From a virus (taxonomy: Duplodnaviria > Caudoviricetes), in IMG/VR virus record IMGVR_UViG_3300030106_001122, positions 1,309 to 65,308 of that record: 64,000 bases of DNA, one strand, 5' to 3'. A program made the translations under genes and the position numbers. How positions within the stretch are numbered: position 1 is the stretch's first letter; each line of letters starts with the position of its first letter. Positions 8,912 to 17,325 of this stretch are shown piece after piece. Below the pieces are notes generated by a model. It saw only the letters and a list, made by a program, of their open reading frames with translations, made no database searches and was not told the DNA's origin.

Positions 8912-9246
8912 GCAGTAGAGAAATAATGGATGCTAAAAGCGGTATGACAACTAAAAGTATGAAGTTTAGAGATCCTATAGTTGAAAACGTTTGTGATAAA
9001 TTTTTACGTAGATCAGACGTTGGTTATGAAAAGTATGGTCGTACATTAGATGACGAACGTAGAGGTAAGCATAAAGACTTACTTGGTTATCTAAATGACA
9101 TACAAGAAGAATTAATGGATGCGATATTATATATTCAAGCAGCGCGCGAAGAAATGATAGATCAAATTGAAGAGCAACGCATGAATAATATAATGCGCAA
9201 CGGTAACAACGGAGAGCATTATGACAACACGCCGGAAGAGCACTAA
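8908..9246 (+). CDS. MazG-like all-alpha nucleotide pyrophosphatase / nucleotide-modification-associated protein
   Basis: G.EKYG.TL...LNDIQEELMDAILY motif. Confidence 0.65.
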   Translation: MSSREIMDAKSGMTTKSMKFRDPIVENVCDKFLRRSDVGYEKYGRTLDDERRGKHKDLLGYLNDIQEELMDAILYIQAAREEMIDQIEEQRMNNIMRNGNNGEHYDNTPEEH

Positions 9247-9685
9247 GAAAAAACGCGGCCCGGTTAAATCAAAGAAGGTGACCTATGATGGGATCACCTT
9301 CGCCTCCGGGCTTGAGCGTTATATGTATCAAGCACTAAAGAAAAATAAAATAAAATCTAGGTATGAAGGTGAGACTTTTGTACTTGTTGATGGGTTTTAT
9401 TTTGAGAACGAGGTTTATGAAAGACAAAGCAACGGTAAAGGTGAGATGGTTAACAGAGGTTGTAAACGTATATTACCTATAAAATACACGCCTGACTTTA
9501 TTGGTAAAGACTTTATAATAGAAACAAAAGGTAGAGCCAATGAAAGTTTTCCAATGCGTTGGAAATTATTCAAGAGATTAGTTATGAATCAATTTCCGCA
9601 TGTAACTTTATATAAGCCTCAAAATCAAAAAGAGTGTGATGCAGTAATTCAATTAATATTAAATAAAAGAAAAGACAATGACTAA
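9221..9685 (+). CDS. endonuclease (T7 endonuclease I-like PD-(D/E)XK; possible resolvase)
   Basis: FASGLE...YE...YTPDF...IIETKG. Confidence 0.8.
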   Translation: MTTRRKSTKKKRGPVKSKKVTYDGITFASGLERYMYQALKKNKIKSRYEGETFVLVDGFYFENEVYERQSNGKGEMVNRGCKRILPIKYTPDFIGKDFIIETKGRANESFPMRWKLFKRLVMNQFPHVTLYKPQNQKECDAVIQLILNKRKDND

Positions 9686-9839
9686 CTGGGAGCTTTCAAT
9701 AGGGTTTTACCCTGGAGTTTTAATAGGTTTTAGAAGTTACCCAGATACTGGGTATGGTGTAGAAAACCATGTATTATATTTACCATTTATAGATTTATGT
9801 TTAACAATAGAAAGAGAAGCCAATGACAAACACGAGTAA
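9678..9839 (+). CDS. small hypothetical protein (53 aa; not in ORF track)
   Basis: MTNWELSIGFYPGVLIGFRSYPDTGYGVENHVLYLPFIDLCLTIEREANDKHE; fills the gap and overlaps both neighbours. Confidence 0.65.
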   Translation: MTNWELSIGFYPGVLIGFRSYPDTGYGVENHVLYLPFIDLCLTIEREANDKHE

Positions 9840-11688
9840 GGATATACTATCCGACATTACAGTGCATATGAAATATGCTAAGTATATTCCAGAACTAAAC
9901 AGAAGAGAAACTTGGGAAGAGCTTGTAACGCGTAATATGAACATGCACATCAAGAAATACCCTAAACTAGAAGACGAAATAAGATTAAACTACAAGTTTG
10001 TTTACGATAAAAAGGTTTTACCTTCGATGCGTAGCTTACAGTTTGGTGGTAAGCCAATTGAAATATCGCCTAACAGATTATACAACTGTTCGTTTTTACC
10101 TATCGATCATATTGATAGTCTCTCTGAAATAATGTTCTTATTATTATCAGGTTGTGGTGTAGGTTATTCAGTACAAAAGCACAACATCAAACAGCTACCT
10201 GATATTATTAAGCCACATTTAAAACGTACTAGACGTTTTGTTATTGGTGATTCAATTGAAGGCTGGGCTGATGCTGTAAAAGTATTAGTTAAGTCTTACA
10301 TGGGTGATAAACGATCATCTAAAATAGAGTTTGATTATTCTGATATACGACCTAAAGGTGCAAGACTTGTAACGTCTGGTGGTAAAGCACCTGGTCCACA
10401 ACCCTTGAAAGAGTGTTTAACTAAAGTTCAAGGTATACTTGATGCTTGTGAAGAAGGTACTAAGCTAACTTCAATACAAGCTCATGACATTGTATGCCAT
10501 ATCGCTGACGCTGTGTTAGCTGGTGGTATACGTAGAGCAGCTCTTATATCTTTGTTCTCTGCAGACGATGAAGAAATGATAGCGTGTAAGTCTGGTAACT
10601 GGTGGGAAACAAACCCACAAAGAGGTAGGGCAAACAACTCTGCTGTGCTTATGAGGCACAAGATAACTGAAGAGTTTTTCTTTGACCTATGGAAACGTGT
10701 AGAGCTATCTGGTTCAGGTGAACCTGGTATTTACCTTAACAATGATAAAGCTTGGGGTACTAACCCATGTTGTGAGATAGCATTACGACCTTTTCAGTTT
10801 TGTAATCTATGCGAGGTAAACGTGTCGGATGTTGAGTCGCAAGAAGATTTTAATTCACGAGTATGTGCCGCCGCTTTTATTGGTACGCTACAAGCCGGTT
10901 ACACTGACTTTCATTATTTAAGAGAGGTATGGAAAGAGACAACAGAAAGAGACGCTCTTATAGGTGTGTCAATGACAGGAATAGGGAGTGCCGCTGTGCT
11001 CCAAATGGATATGAAGGAAGGTGCAAATATAGTCAAAGCAGAAAACGCGAGGGTAGCCAAGATAATAGGTATAAATAAATCAGCACGATGTACAACTGTT
11101 AAACCTGCAGGGACGACATCTCTGGTCCTCGGAACGTCATCGGGTATTCATGCATGGCATAATGATTATTATGTCCGTAGACTGCGCGTAGGGAAAAACG
11201 AGGCTATATATTCATATCTTAATGAACAACATCCTGAAATATTAGAAGATGATTATTTCAGACCTCATGATACAGCTATTATTAGTATACCTCAAAAAGC
11301 TCCTAAAGGTTCAATCATTAGAACTGAGTCTGCTATGGATCTGCTTGAACGTGTAAAGAAAGTAGCGACTGAATGGGTGAAAGAAGGTCACAGACACGGT
11401 AGTAATACTCATAATGTATCTGCAACTGTGTCATTGAAAGACACTGACTGGGGACCAGCTGGTGAGTGGATGTGGGCTAACAGAAATAAGTACAATGGTT
11501 TGTCCGTGTTACCTTATGATGGTGGTACTTACACTCAAGCACCGTTTGAAGATATAACAAAAGAGAGATATGAGGAAATGGTAAAAGCCCTACACCAAAT
11601 AGATCTCTCTAAAGTTGTAGAGCTTGAAGATAATACCGATCTTAAAGATCAGTTAGCTTGTGTTGGTGGTGCTTGTGAAATAGCATAA
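9823..11688 (+). CDS. nrdJ: class II (adenosylcobalamin-dependent) ribonucleotide reductase
   Basis: RRETWEE, LPSMRSLQFGG, YNCSF, GTNPCCEI, TVKPAGT and C-terminal CVGGACEI; no small-subunit gene nearby. Confidence 0.92.
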   Translation: MTNTSKDILSDITVHMKYAKYIPELNRRETWEELVTRNMNMHIKKYPKLEDEIRLNYKFVYDKKVLPSMRSLQFGGKPIEISPNRLYNCSFLPIDHIDSLSEIMFLLLSGCGVGYSVQKHNIKQLPDIIKPHLKRTRRFVIGDSIEGWADAVKVLVKSYMGDKRSSKIEFDYSDIRPKGARLVTSGGKAPGPQPLKECLTKVQGILDACEEGTKLTSIQAHDIVCHIADAVLAGGIRRAALISLFSADDEEMIACKSGNWWETNPQRGRANNSAVLMRHKITEEFFFDLWKRVELSGSGEPGIYLNNDKAWGTNPCCEIALRPFQFCNLCEVNVSDVESQEDFNSRVCAAAFIGTLQAGYTDFHYLREVWKETTERDALIGVSMTGIGSAAVLQMDMKEGANIVKAENARVAKIIGINKSARCTTVKPAGTTSLVLGTSSGIHAWHNDYYVRRLRVGKNEAIYSYLNEQHPEILEDDYFRPHDTAIISIPQKAPKGSIIRTESAMDLLERVKKVATEWVKEGHRHGSNTHNVSATVSLKDTDWGPAGEWMWANRNKYNGLSVLPYDGGTYTQAPFEDITKERYEEMVKALHQIDLSKVVELEDNTDLKDQLACVGGACEIA

Positions 11689-11705
11689 CCAACATATAAA
11701 ACAAC

Positions 11706-11740
11706 AAAGGGGATAGCTTAATAGTTATCCCCTTTTTTTT
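11706..11740. terminator. probable bidirectional intrinsic terminator between the convergent gene blocks
   Basis: aaa-GGGGATAGCT-taat-AGTTATCCCC-T tract hairpin at the +/- strand junction. Confidence 0.85.
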
Positions 11741-12192
11741 TAATCTGCTACAGTGTAATAAGAATACTCAACTTCAATAGTACCTGTACTAGCTTGTAGT
11801 ACTAAAGCATTTTCGTCACCACTTGCTGGGTCTTGACCGTTGTCGTATGGGAAGAAAGCCCATTCACCAGTTTTTAAAGACATTATCTGAGTACCATCAG
11901 CGGAAAGTTCTCCTTCAAAGTTCTTAACTAATAAGTCAGCTGTTGTAGCGGCACCTGTACTATCAATACCATTATGTTTTATATACAAATATCTTCTAGA
12001 ATCTGTACTAGGTAATACCGTGTTTAATACACCTTGAGCGCTATCATGATCAGTAGTAGTATCAACAACTACTTTTGAAAGACCAACGAAAGGTTTTTGT
12101 ACTGTTAATGCTTTAGTTACAGATAAAGCTACCGCTGCTCCATAATCCGCTGAAGAGCCGGTCAATGTTAATTTTGATGTTAATGTTCCCAT
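11740..12192 (-). CDS. putative virion structural protein (paralog family A)
   Basis: N-terminus MGTLTSKLTLTGSSADYGAAVALS shared with the two neighbours; beta-rich. Confidence 0.65.
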   Translation of the reverse strand: MGTLTSKLTLTGSSADYGAAVALSVTKALTVQKPFVGLSKVVVDTTTDHDSAQGVLNTVLPSTDSRRYLYIKHNGIDSTGAATTADLLVKNFEGELSADGTQIMSLKTGEWAFFPYDNGQDPASGDENALVLQASTGTIEVEYSYYTVAD

Positions 12193-12204
12193 TTTTATTA
12201 TTTA

Positions 12205-12582
12205 TTAAGTTCTTGACCAATAAGCATATTCAACTTCTACTGTAGCACCTCCAGCTATAACTTGTACACCTTCATTTTTATCTACAGGTATCCAAGCAAA
12301 CTCTCCGTTTTCTAATGTACCAAAAGTATTATTACCATTGTCAATTTGTAAATCTAAATATCCAGATCCAGTTGTATTATTATTTTTAATATAACAAAAT
12401 ACTGTTCCATTAGAACCAGCGTCAGCGTATACCACTTCAGTAGCACCTGATGCTAAATCTAACCTACTAATACCTTTAAAAGGAGATGATACATCTAGTG
12501 TATTTGTTTGAGATAAAGCTACTGCAGCACCATAATCAGCGGATGATCCCGACACAGTTAGTTTAGTTGTTAATGTTGCCAT
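12205..12582 (-). CDS. putative virion structural protein (paralog family A)
   Basis: MATLTTKLTVSGSSADYGAAVALS...GEFAWIP...VEVEY. Confidence 0.65.
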   Translation of the reverse strand: MATLTTKLTVSGSSADYGAAVALSQTNTLDVSSPFKGISRLDLASGATEVVYADAGSNGTVFCYIKNNNTTGSGYLDLQIDNGNNTFGTLENGEFAWIPVDKNEGVQVIAGGATVEVEYAYWSRT

Positions 12583-12595
12583 TTTTATTTATTTA

Positions 12596-13447
12596 TTATG
12601 CGTTAGTTCCAAATATGCAATACTCAACTACAGGTGAATCTGAAGCTGAAGTATATGCCATTAAATTATCGTTAGAGGTGACTGGTATATAAGCAAACTG
12701 CCCACCTCTTATTTCCATAAAATCAGTTGCTAAAGTATTATCCCAATATAGGTAAATTATATTATCAGTAGCATGATATGTCTCTTCATTTCTTATGTAT
12801 AAAATAGCTGGAGATGAAAACTCGCCTTTGTTTAATATAGTTATATGATCTTGTAAGCTATTAGTATTAGCGTGTAGAATCGAAAACGTAGAGTTCTTAC
12901 TGTCTACAAAAGGAGGTGCTGATGAATCTCTATTTGTTAAAGTCGTACTCTGAGGCCCATCAGCCGCGCCAGCAGGAGTTGTAGCTACAATTGATCCGTT
13001 ATGACCGTTAGCATGATTAATAGCTGTAGCTAGTAAAGCTAGTATAGCATTTTCAGTTAGTCCATCCGTAACATCAATTGCAACACCGTTAACTAGTTCA
13101 AGCCTACTTAAAGCTGTTAACGTACCCGCTCCAATATCAGAACCAGCTACTAATATATCTCCAGTAGCGACACTTGTATTTTCACCGTCCACAAAGACAT
13201 ACCTCTTCTTTAAACCATGGTTATCCATAATGTCTATATATTGACCTTCATGAGTACCAGCATCAGCAACAGCAAGATCACCGTCAGTAATAAATATCTG
13301 ACAAGTTTTTGATGTTGATGTAACATGTGTTTGTGCTAAACCAGACGTATGCGCTCCGCTAAATGTAGTGCTTTGTGATACGTTTAATGCTAAACCGAAA
13401 TCCGTTGCACTACCTACTAATGATATTTGCGAGGTTAATGTTCCCAT
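12596..13447 (-). CDS. putative virion structural protein (paralog family A, with internal insertion)
   Basis: MGTLTSQISLVGSATDFG...LYIRN...GQFAYIP...VVEY. Confidence 0.65.
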   Translation of the reverse strand: MGTLTSQISLVGSATDFGLALNVSQSTTFSGAHTSGLAQTHVTSTSKTCQIFITDGDLAVADAGTHEGQYIDIMDNHGLKKRYVFVDGENTSVATGDILVAGSDIGAGTLTALSRLELVNGVAIDVTDGLTENAILALLATAINHANGHNGSIVATTPAGAADGPQSTTLTNRDSSAPPFVDSKNSTFSILHANTNSLQDHITILNKGEFSSPAILYIRNEETYHATDNIIYLYWDNTLATDFMEIRGGQFAYIPVTSNDNLMAYTSASDSPVVEYCIFGTNA

Positions 13448-13487
13448 TTTGTAATTATTTCTTTAATACGTAATTGCCACTAAGTAA

Positions 13488-13497
13488 TATCATTACA
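13488..13497 (-). promoter_or_regulatory. putative phage promoter element TGTRATnnTA
   Basis: TGTAATGATA on - strand in the intergenic gap. Confidence 0.4.
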
Positions 13498-13517
13498 TAG
13501 TTTTTAGTTAATCTACT

Positions 13518-13976
13518 TTAAATATCAGCCACCTTATAAGCTGTGTCTCCATCACTGTCTTTGTAGGCTTCTAATATTTGTTTTCTATTTTTACCGTTTG
13601 ATTTTAATGATATGTGAATCCAAGCATAATCAAACTCGTTTATCATTTGATCAAACTCTATCTCTTCTTTGATAACCCAGTCGTATATTTCTTTATTACA
13701 CATCTCGCCTTTTTTGAAAAACTGAATATCAACAGCTTGACCTTTACAATGCTGGCTCTTGCTCGAACCACCAATGGCTCTATTAAGTGCCGGGGAACGG
13801 TAACCACTACTAATCCTAATAGGACCAAGAGCGTTACGCATAGGCTGTATAAGATCTCTAATAAGGATTTGCATATTATTAAGGTGTTCTTTATCCGGCG
13901 CATTTTTTATACCTAATCGTTTAGCTGTATTACTTTTTGTTATCTCTGATAACGTAAAATTCTTACTTAGTCTCAT
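13518..13976 (-). CDS. endolysin, peptidase M15 family
   Basis: LSKNFTLSE, ISSGYRS..LN..IGG...SQH..GQAVD...WIHIS Zn-peptidase motifs. Confidence 0.88.
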   Translation of the reverse strand: MRLSKNFTLSEITKSNTAKRLGIKNAPDKEHLNNMQILIRDLIQPMRNALGPIRISSGYRSPALNRAIGGSSKSQHCKGQAVDIQFFKKGEMCNKEIYDWVIKEEIEFDQMINEFDYAWIHISLKSNGKNRKQILEAYKDSDGDTAYKVADI

Positions 13977-14332
13977 TAATTTATTCTTACCGTTAATAAT
14001 GGGTTAGTACCTGTGTTAGATACAACTAGTTTGTGTGTGTTTACGTTTAAAGAAAATGGATCATCTAAAACTAAAGTCACTCCAACTGGTATTTCAACTT
14101 TTGCGTTCGTTTGAGTACCACCTAATAAATGAAAGTGTTTATTAGCATCGCTACCTATCAATACGTCTTGAAATAATTTAACATAAGCAGCATTATCACT
14201 AGCGTTTGTTATACTTATTTTAGATATAGTAACTATATTGGTACCTCTCAAGTTAGTAGTACTATTTATAGAATAATCACTAGCTTTAGCTATTTCAGTA
14301 TCAGTTTCACTCACTATTGTATAATGCCTCAT
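13976..14332 (-). CDS. hypothetical protein (beta-rich, possibly structural)
   Basis: Tightly packed in the late operon. Confidence 0.6.
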   Translation of the reverse strand: MRHYTIVSETDTEIAKASDYSINSTTNLRGTNIVTISKISITNASDNAAYVKLFQDVLIGSDANKHFHLLGGTQTNAKVEIPVGVTLVLDDPFSLNVNTHKLVVSNTGTNPLLTVRIN

Positions 14333-14333
14333 A

Positions 14334-14627
14334 TTATGCTACGCTTACTATTCCTCTGTTATTCCATAATGTACCAGAGGACAACCCTCTATTACTTGTA
14401 GGTAAACTACCTCCACCTGCATCAACTAAAAGTTCTGCACTAACTATATATCTACGTAGCTCGTCTATATCATTTTGCATTAACTGCAATTGATGCAGTA
14501 TAGCGGCTTCACCTTCAAAGTCAGCTAAGTCTAAGTGTTTATTATTAGTGTAACTAGTACTCATAGCTGTTAAATCACTACCAGTTTTATTGTGTATTCT
14601 ACCTGCTTCTTTACTTGCTAATGCCAT
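14334..14627 (-). CDS. hypothetical fiber-associated protein
   Basis: Coiled coil followed by LPTS..GLSSGTLWNNRG, a type of C-terminal motif seen in phage fibers. Confidence 0.55.
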   Translation of the reverse strand: MALASKEAGRIHNKTGSDLTAMSTSYTNNKHLDLADFEGEAAILHQLQLMQNDIDELRRYIVSAELLVDAGGGSLPTSNRGLSSGTLWNNRGIVSVA

Positions 14628-14628
14628 A

Positions 14629-16140
14629 TTATATTTTTGCTATAGTTAATTTACCTCCGTATACTTCTTCACCAGATGCTTGTGCCAACTCTATTAATAT
14701 ATAATTAGTAGCGTCAGAGTTAACATCAGTAATATTTATTTGTGTACCAATATTACCAGTACCTTTACTTGTCACGGTCTTACTGTTAATATCAGCTTCA
14801 TAAACAGTAACAGCAGATGTTGCACTACCGTAAATGTCTACATGAGTAGCTTTAAAACCTACAGGTATATCTACATAAGCATAAAGCTTTGCTGTACTAT
14901 GAGATTCTAACCATCTATCACTACTTGTATCATCTATCATTGCTGGTCTACCAACATCATCCGGCATAAAATCACTTGGTAATATTTTTACATACGTTAT
15001 ACCAGGTAAAATATTACCAGTTACGTCTAAATCTCCACCAACATTTACATCATTATTAAACTGTGAAGTTCCAGCGGCAACGTAAAGAGCATAAGGATTA
15101 GTAATGGTTTGATTTGTACTTGCTACTGGTTCTCCTTTTATATAAACTGTATAAGCATTTGTGGTTGTAACACTTGAGTTTGTAGCCATCAGTCTAGGGT
15201 TTTCAACCATTACATGAGCGAAAGAAACAGCTGTTCCCGAAGCAGACGTACTTCCATCTGTTATATCCATAGCGTCAATGTGTAATGCAACACCGTCGCT
15301 GCCAGCTGTTACAGTGTTATTACTGTTTAGTGTCATTCTTTTTCCAAAACTTGTTTCTCCAGAAAAAGTTTTTTGTCCAGTAAATGTTTGAACACCAGTA
15401 AGGTGTGCAGTATCGGAATCTAAATAAGCGCTATCTATAACACTACCTTGCCAAGTACCACTACTGATTGTACCTACTGTAGTTAAATTAGAACAAGTTG
15501 TTATTGCCGCTTGTGTACCACTTGTTACCGTAGCTGATGTACCTGAAGCATTACCTGTTACGTTACCCGTTATAGCTCCTGTAACGTCTAAGTTGTTTGG
15601 TATTACAACATCACCATCAGTATCTATTTTTAAACTAGTCTGATTATTTTGACCAATACAAACGTTATGATTACCTGAGCTGTTGATAAAAACATCTCCG
15701 TCAGCGGTTCCAATAATACCACCGTTAGTGGCATTTGAAACACCCACCAATAAAGTGTTATTGTCGTTAACCATAGCTAGTTCAGACATGCTATCAGTAT
15801 TAATACCAATAGTTAATCTTGGTGGATCATACTTTAAAGACTGCTCAGCGTTTATAGCATCAGCACCGGTGGCAGTTAAAACCCTATTGTCAACACCGTT
15901 AGTCATAAAATCAGAGACATCTACAGACAAAGAAACATCACCACTATCACCGCCACCATCTAAACCGGTACCCGCAGTAACACTAGTAATGTCACCCGTA
16001 GAAACGTCTTGTTTGTATAGCTTACCATCAGAATCTATACCTACAACATGATCTTGCGCTGACTCAGTTACGTTTTCTAAATATACATCATTACGAAACC
16101 TAGATATAAAATCCCATATATGTTGCCCTATCCATTTCAA
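14629..16140 (-). CDS. tail fiber/spike protein
   Basis: G/T/S/D-rich sequence, ITSVTAGTGLDGGG, repeated G.LDVTG motifs, QTFTGQKTFS. Confidence 0.75.
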   Translation of the reverse strand: MKWIGQHIWDFISRFRNDVYLENVTESAQDHVVGIDSDGKLYKQDVSTGDITSVTAGTGLDGGGDSGDVSLSVDVSDFMTNGVDNRVLTATGADAINAEQSLKYDPPRLTIGINTDSMSELAMVNDNNTLLVGVSNATNGGIIGTADGDVFINSSGNHNVCIGQNNQTSLKIDTDGDVVIPNNLDVTGAITGNVTGNASGTSATVTSGTQAAITTCSNLTTVGTISSGTWQGSVIDSAYLDSDTAHLTGVQTFTGQKTFSGETSFGKRMTLNSNNTVTAGSDGVALHIDAMDITDGSTSASGTAVSFAHVMVENPRLMATNSSVTTTNAYTVYIKGEPVASTNQTITNPYALYVAAGTSQFNNDVNVGGDLDVTGNILPGITYVKILPSDFMPDDVGRPAMIDDTSSDRWLESHSTAKLYAYVDIPVGFKATHVDIYGSATSAVTVYEADINSKTVTSKGTGNIGTQINITDVNSDATNYILIELAQASGEEVYGGKLTIAKI

Positions 16141-16382
16141 TATTTGTAAGTGTTTATAGGCCTTTCTATTGTATCAACGAAAACCTCTCTTTCTCTTATA
16201 CCATCATCTGCCATCATACGCATTCTCCAACCTAAAGTTGGTTGGTAGAAAAACGAATTACTAATACGTCGCCAAGACAAATCATAATACTTATATTTAA
16301 CAGTGTCCACTATGTGACTTGTTTGTGCCGCGGCAATAGCGCTTAGCATAAATAATGCTATAGTAATTATTTTCTTTTTCAT
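16137..16382 (-). CDS. small exported protein (signal peptide)
   Basis: MKKKIITIALFMLSAIAAA|Q signal peptide. Confidence 0.65.
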   Translation of the reverse strand: MKKKIITIALFMLSAIAAAQTSHIVDTVKYKYYDLSWRRISNSFFYQPTLGWRMRMMADDGIREREVFVDTIERPINTYKY

Positions 16383-16395
16383 AATTTAATTTAAT

Positions 16396-16734
16396 TTAAA
16401 ATGCTTCCATTGTAATTTCATCTATAGAGTCTTGCACTTCTTTTCTTGTAGCCTCCATAGTCATCATTATATTCGCTTGAAACCTTTTAGCCTCTTCGTT
16501 GTTATTAAAAACAACTAGCGTGGGAACTACCACTATTTTGTATTCACTTGACCATCTTGAGTCCGCGGCTATATCCACTCTTTCAACCTCACAATCCGTT
16601 AACTTAGATAACCATTGTACTTCGTTGGCTTTATTAAAGCTAGCATTAAACTCTACAACAACTAAACCTTCAGGAAAGTCTTGAGCAAAGCACGTAGTGG
16701 TTAGTATTGACAGTAGTAAAATTAATTTCTTCAT
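16396..16734 (-). CDS. exported thioredoxin-fold protein lacking CxxC
   Basis: Signal MKKLILLLSILTTTCFA|Q; VVVEFNASFN in place of VDFWAxWCxxC; VDI...YKIVVVPTLVVFNNNEEAKRF cis-Pro strand. Confidence 0.7.
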   Translation of the reverse strand: MKKLILLLSILTTTCFAQDFPEGLVVVEFNASFNKANEVQWLSKLTDCEVERVDIAADSRWSSEYKIVVVPTLVVFNNNEEAKRFQANIMMTMEATRKEVQDSIDEITMEAF

Positions 16735-17033
16735 AATGTTATTCTAATTGTTACAACACCAAGACTAGCACCGACTACATCAGCAGCTATATCGTTAATA
16801 TCTGGGTGACCGTGTTTTATATCGTGAATCTCTTTAGCTACACCTATTAAAACTGAAACACCAAATCCGTATAGCAAAGATTTTTTCTTATCATTTGTTT
16901 TATCGTAAACTAAAGCCGCAACACTAGAGCTTATAACATAACAACCACCAGCGTGTAGTAATTTATCTTGCTGCACGACCTGAGCACTTACTATATTTGT
17001 TATCATAAAAAATATAATGAGTGCTTTTATCAT
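16731..17033 (-). CDS. membrane protein, YfiM/VanZ-like
   Basis: Signal ...IVSA|Q; DKLLH...KEIHD...DIAADVVG with hydrophobic helices. Confidence 0.65.
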   Translation of the reverse strand: MIKALIIFFMITNIVSAQVVQQDKLLHAGGCYVISSSVAALVYDKTNDKKKSLLYGFGVSVLIGVAKEIHDIKHGHPDINDIAADVVGASLGVVTIRITL

Positions 17034-17038
17034 AGTTG

Positions 17039-17323
17039 CTACTTTAGTTTATCAATTTTCTCTTCTACTCTAATCATTTGATCCTTAATCTCTTTAACGT
17101 CTTCTTGAGTTGACATAATTGTCTGCCTTATTAACTGATCTTTCATGTCATACTCCATACGGGTTATTTCCGGATCGGGAGGTAAAGGTAGTTCTTTTGC
17201 TTCTGTTATATCTGATTGTAATGTAAACCACATACCTACCAGCGTAAATATTAAAACTGCTATGCCTGCTAAAGTTTTTATACTTAGCTGCAATGTTGTA
17301 TCTTCGTTTAATTCTTTTGCCAT
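17039..17323 (-). CDS. single-pass membrane protein with C-terminal coiled coil
   Basis: TM segment LAGIAVLIFTLVGMWFTL, Pro linker LPLPPDPE, heptad tail. Confidence 0.7.
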   Translation of the reverse strand: MAKELNEDTTLQLSIKTLAGIAVLIFTLVGMWFTLQSDITEAKELPLPPDPEITRMEYDMKDQLIRQTIMSTQEDVKEIKDQMIRVEEKIDKLK

Positions 17324-17325
17324 GA

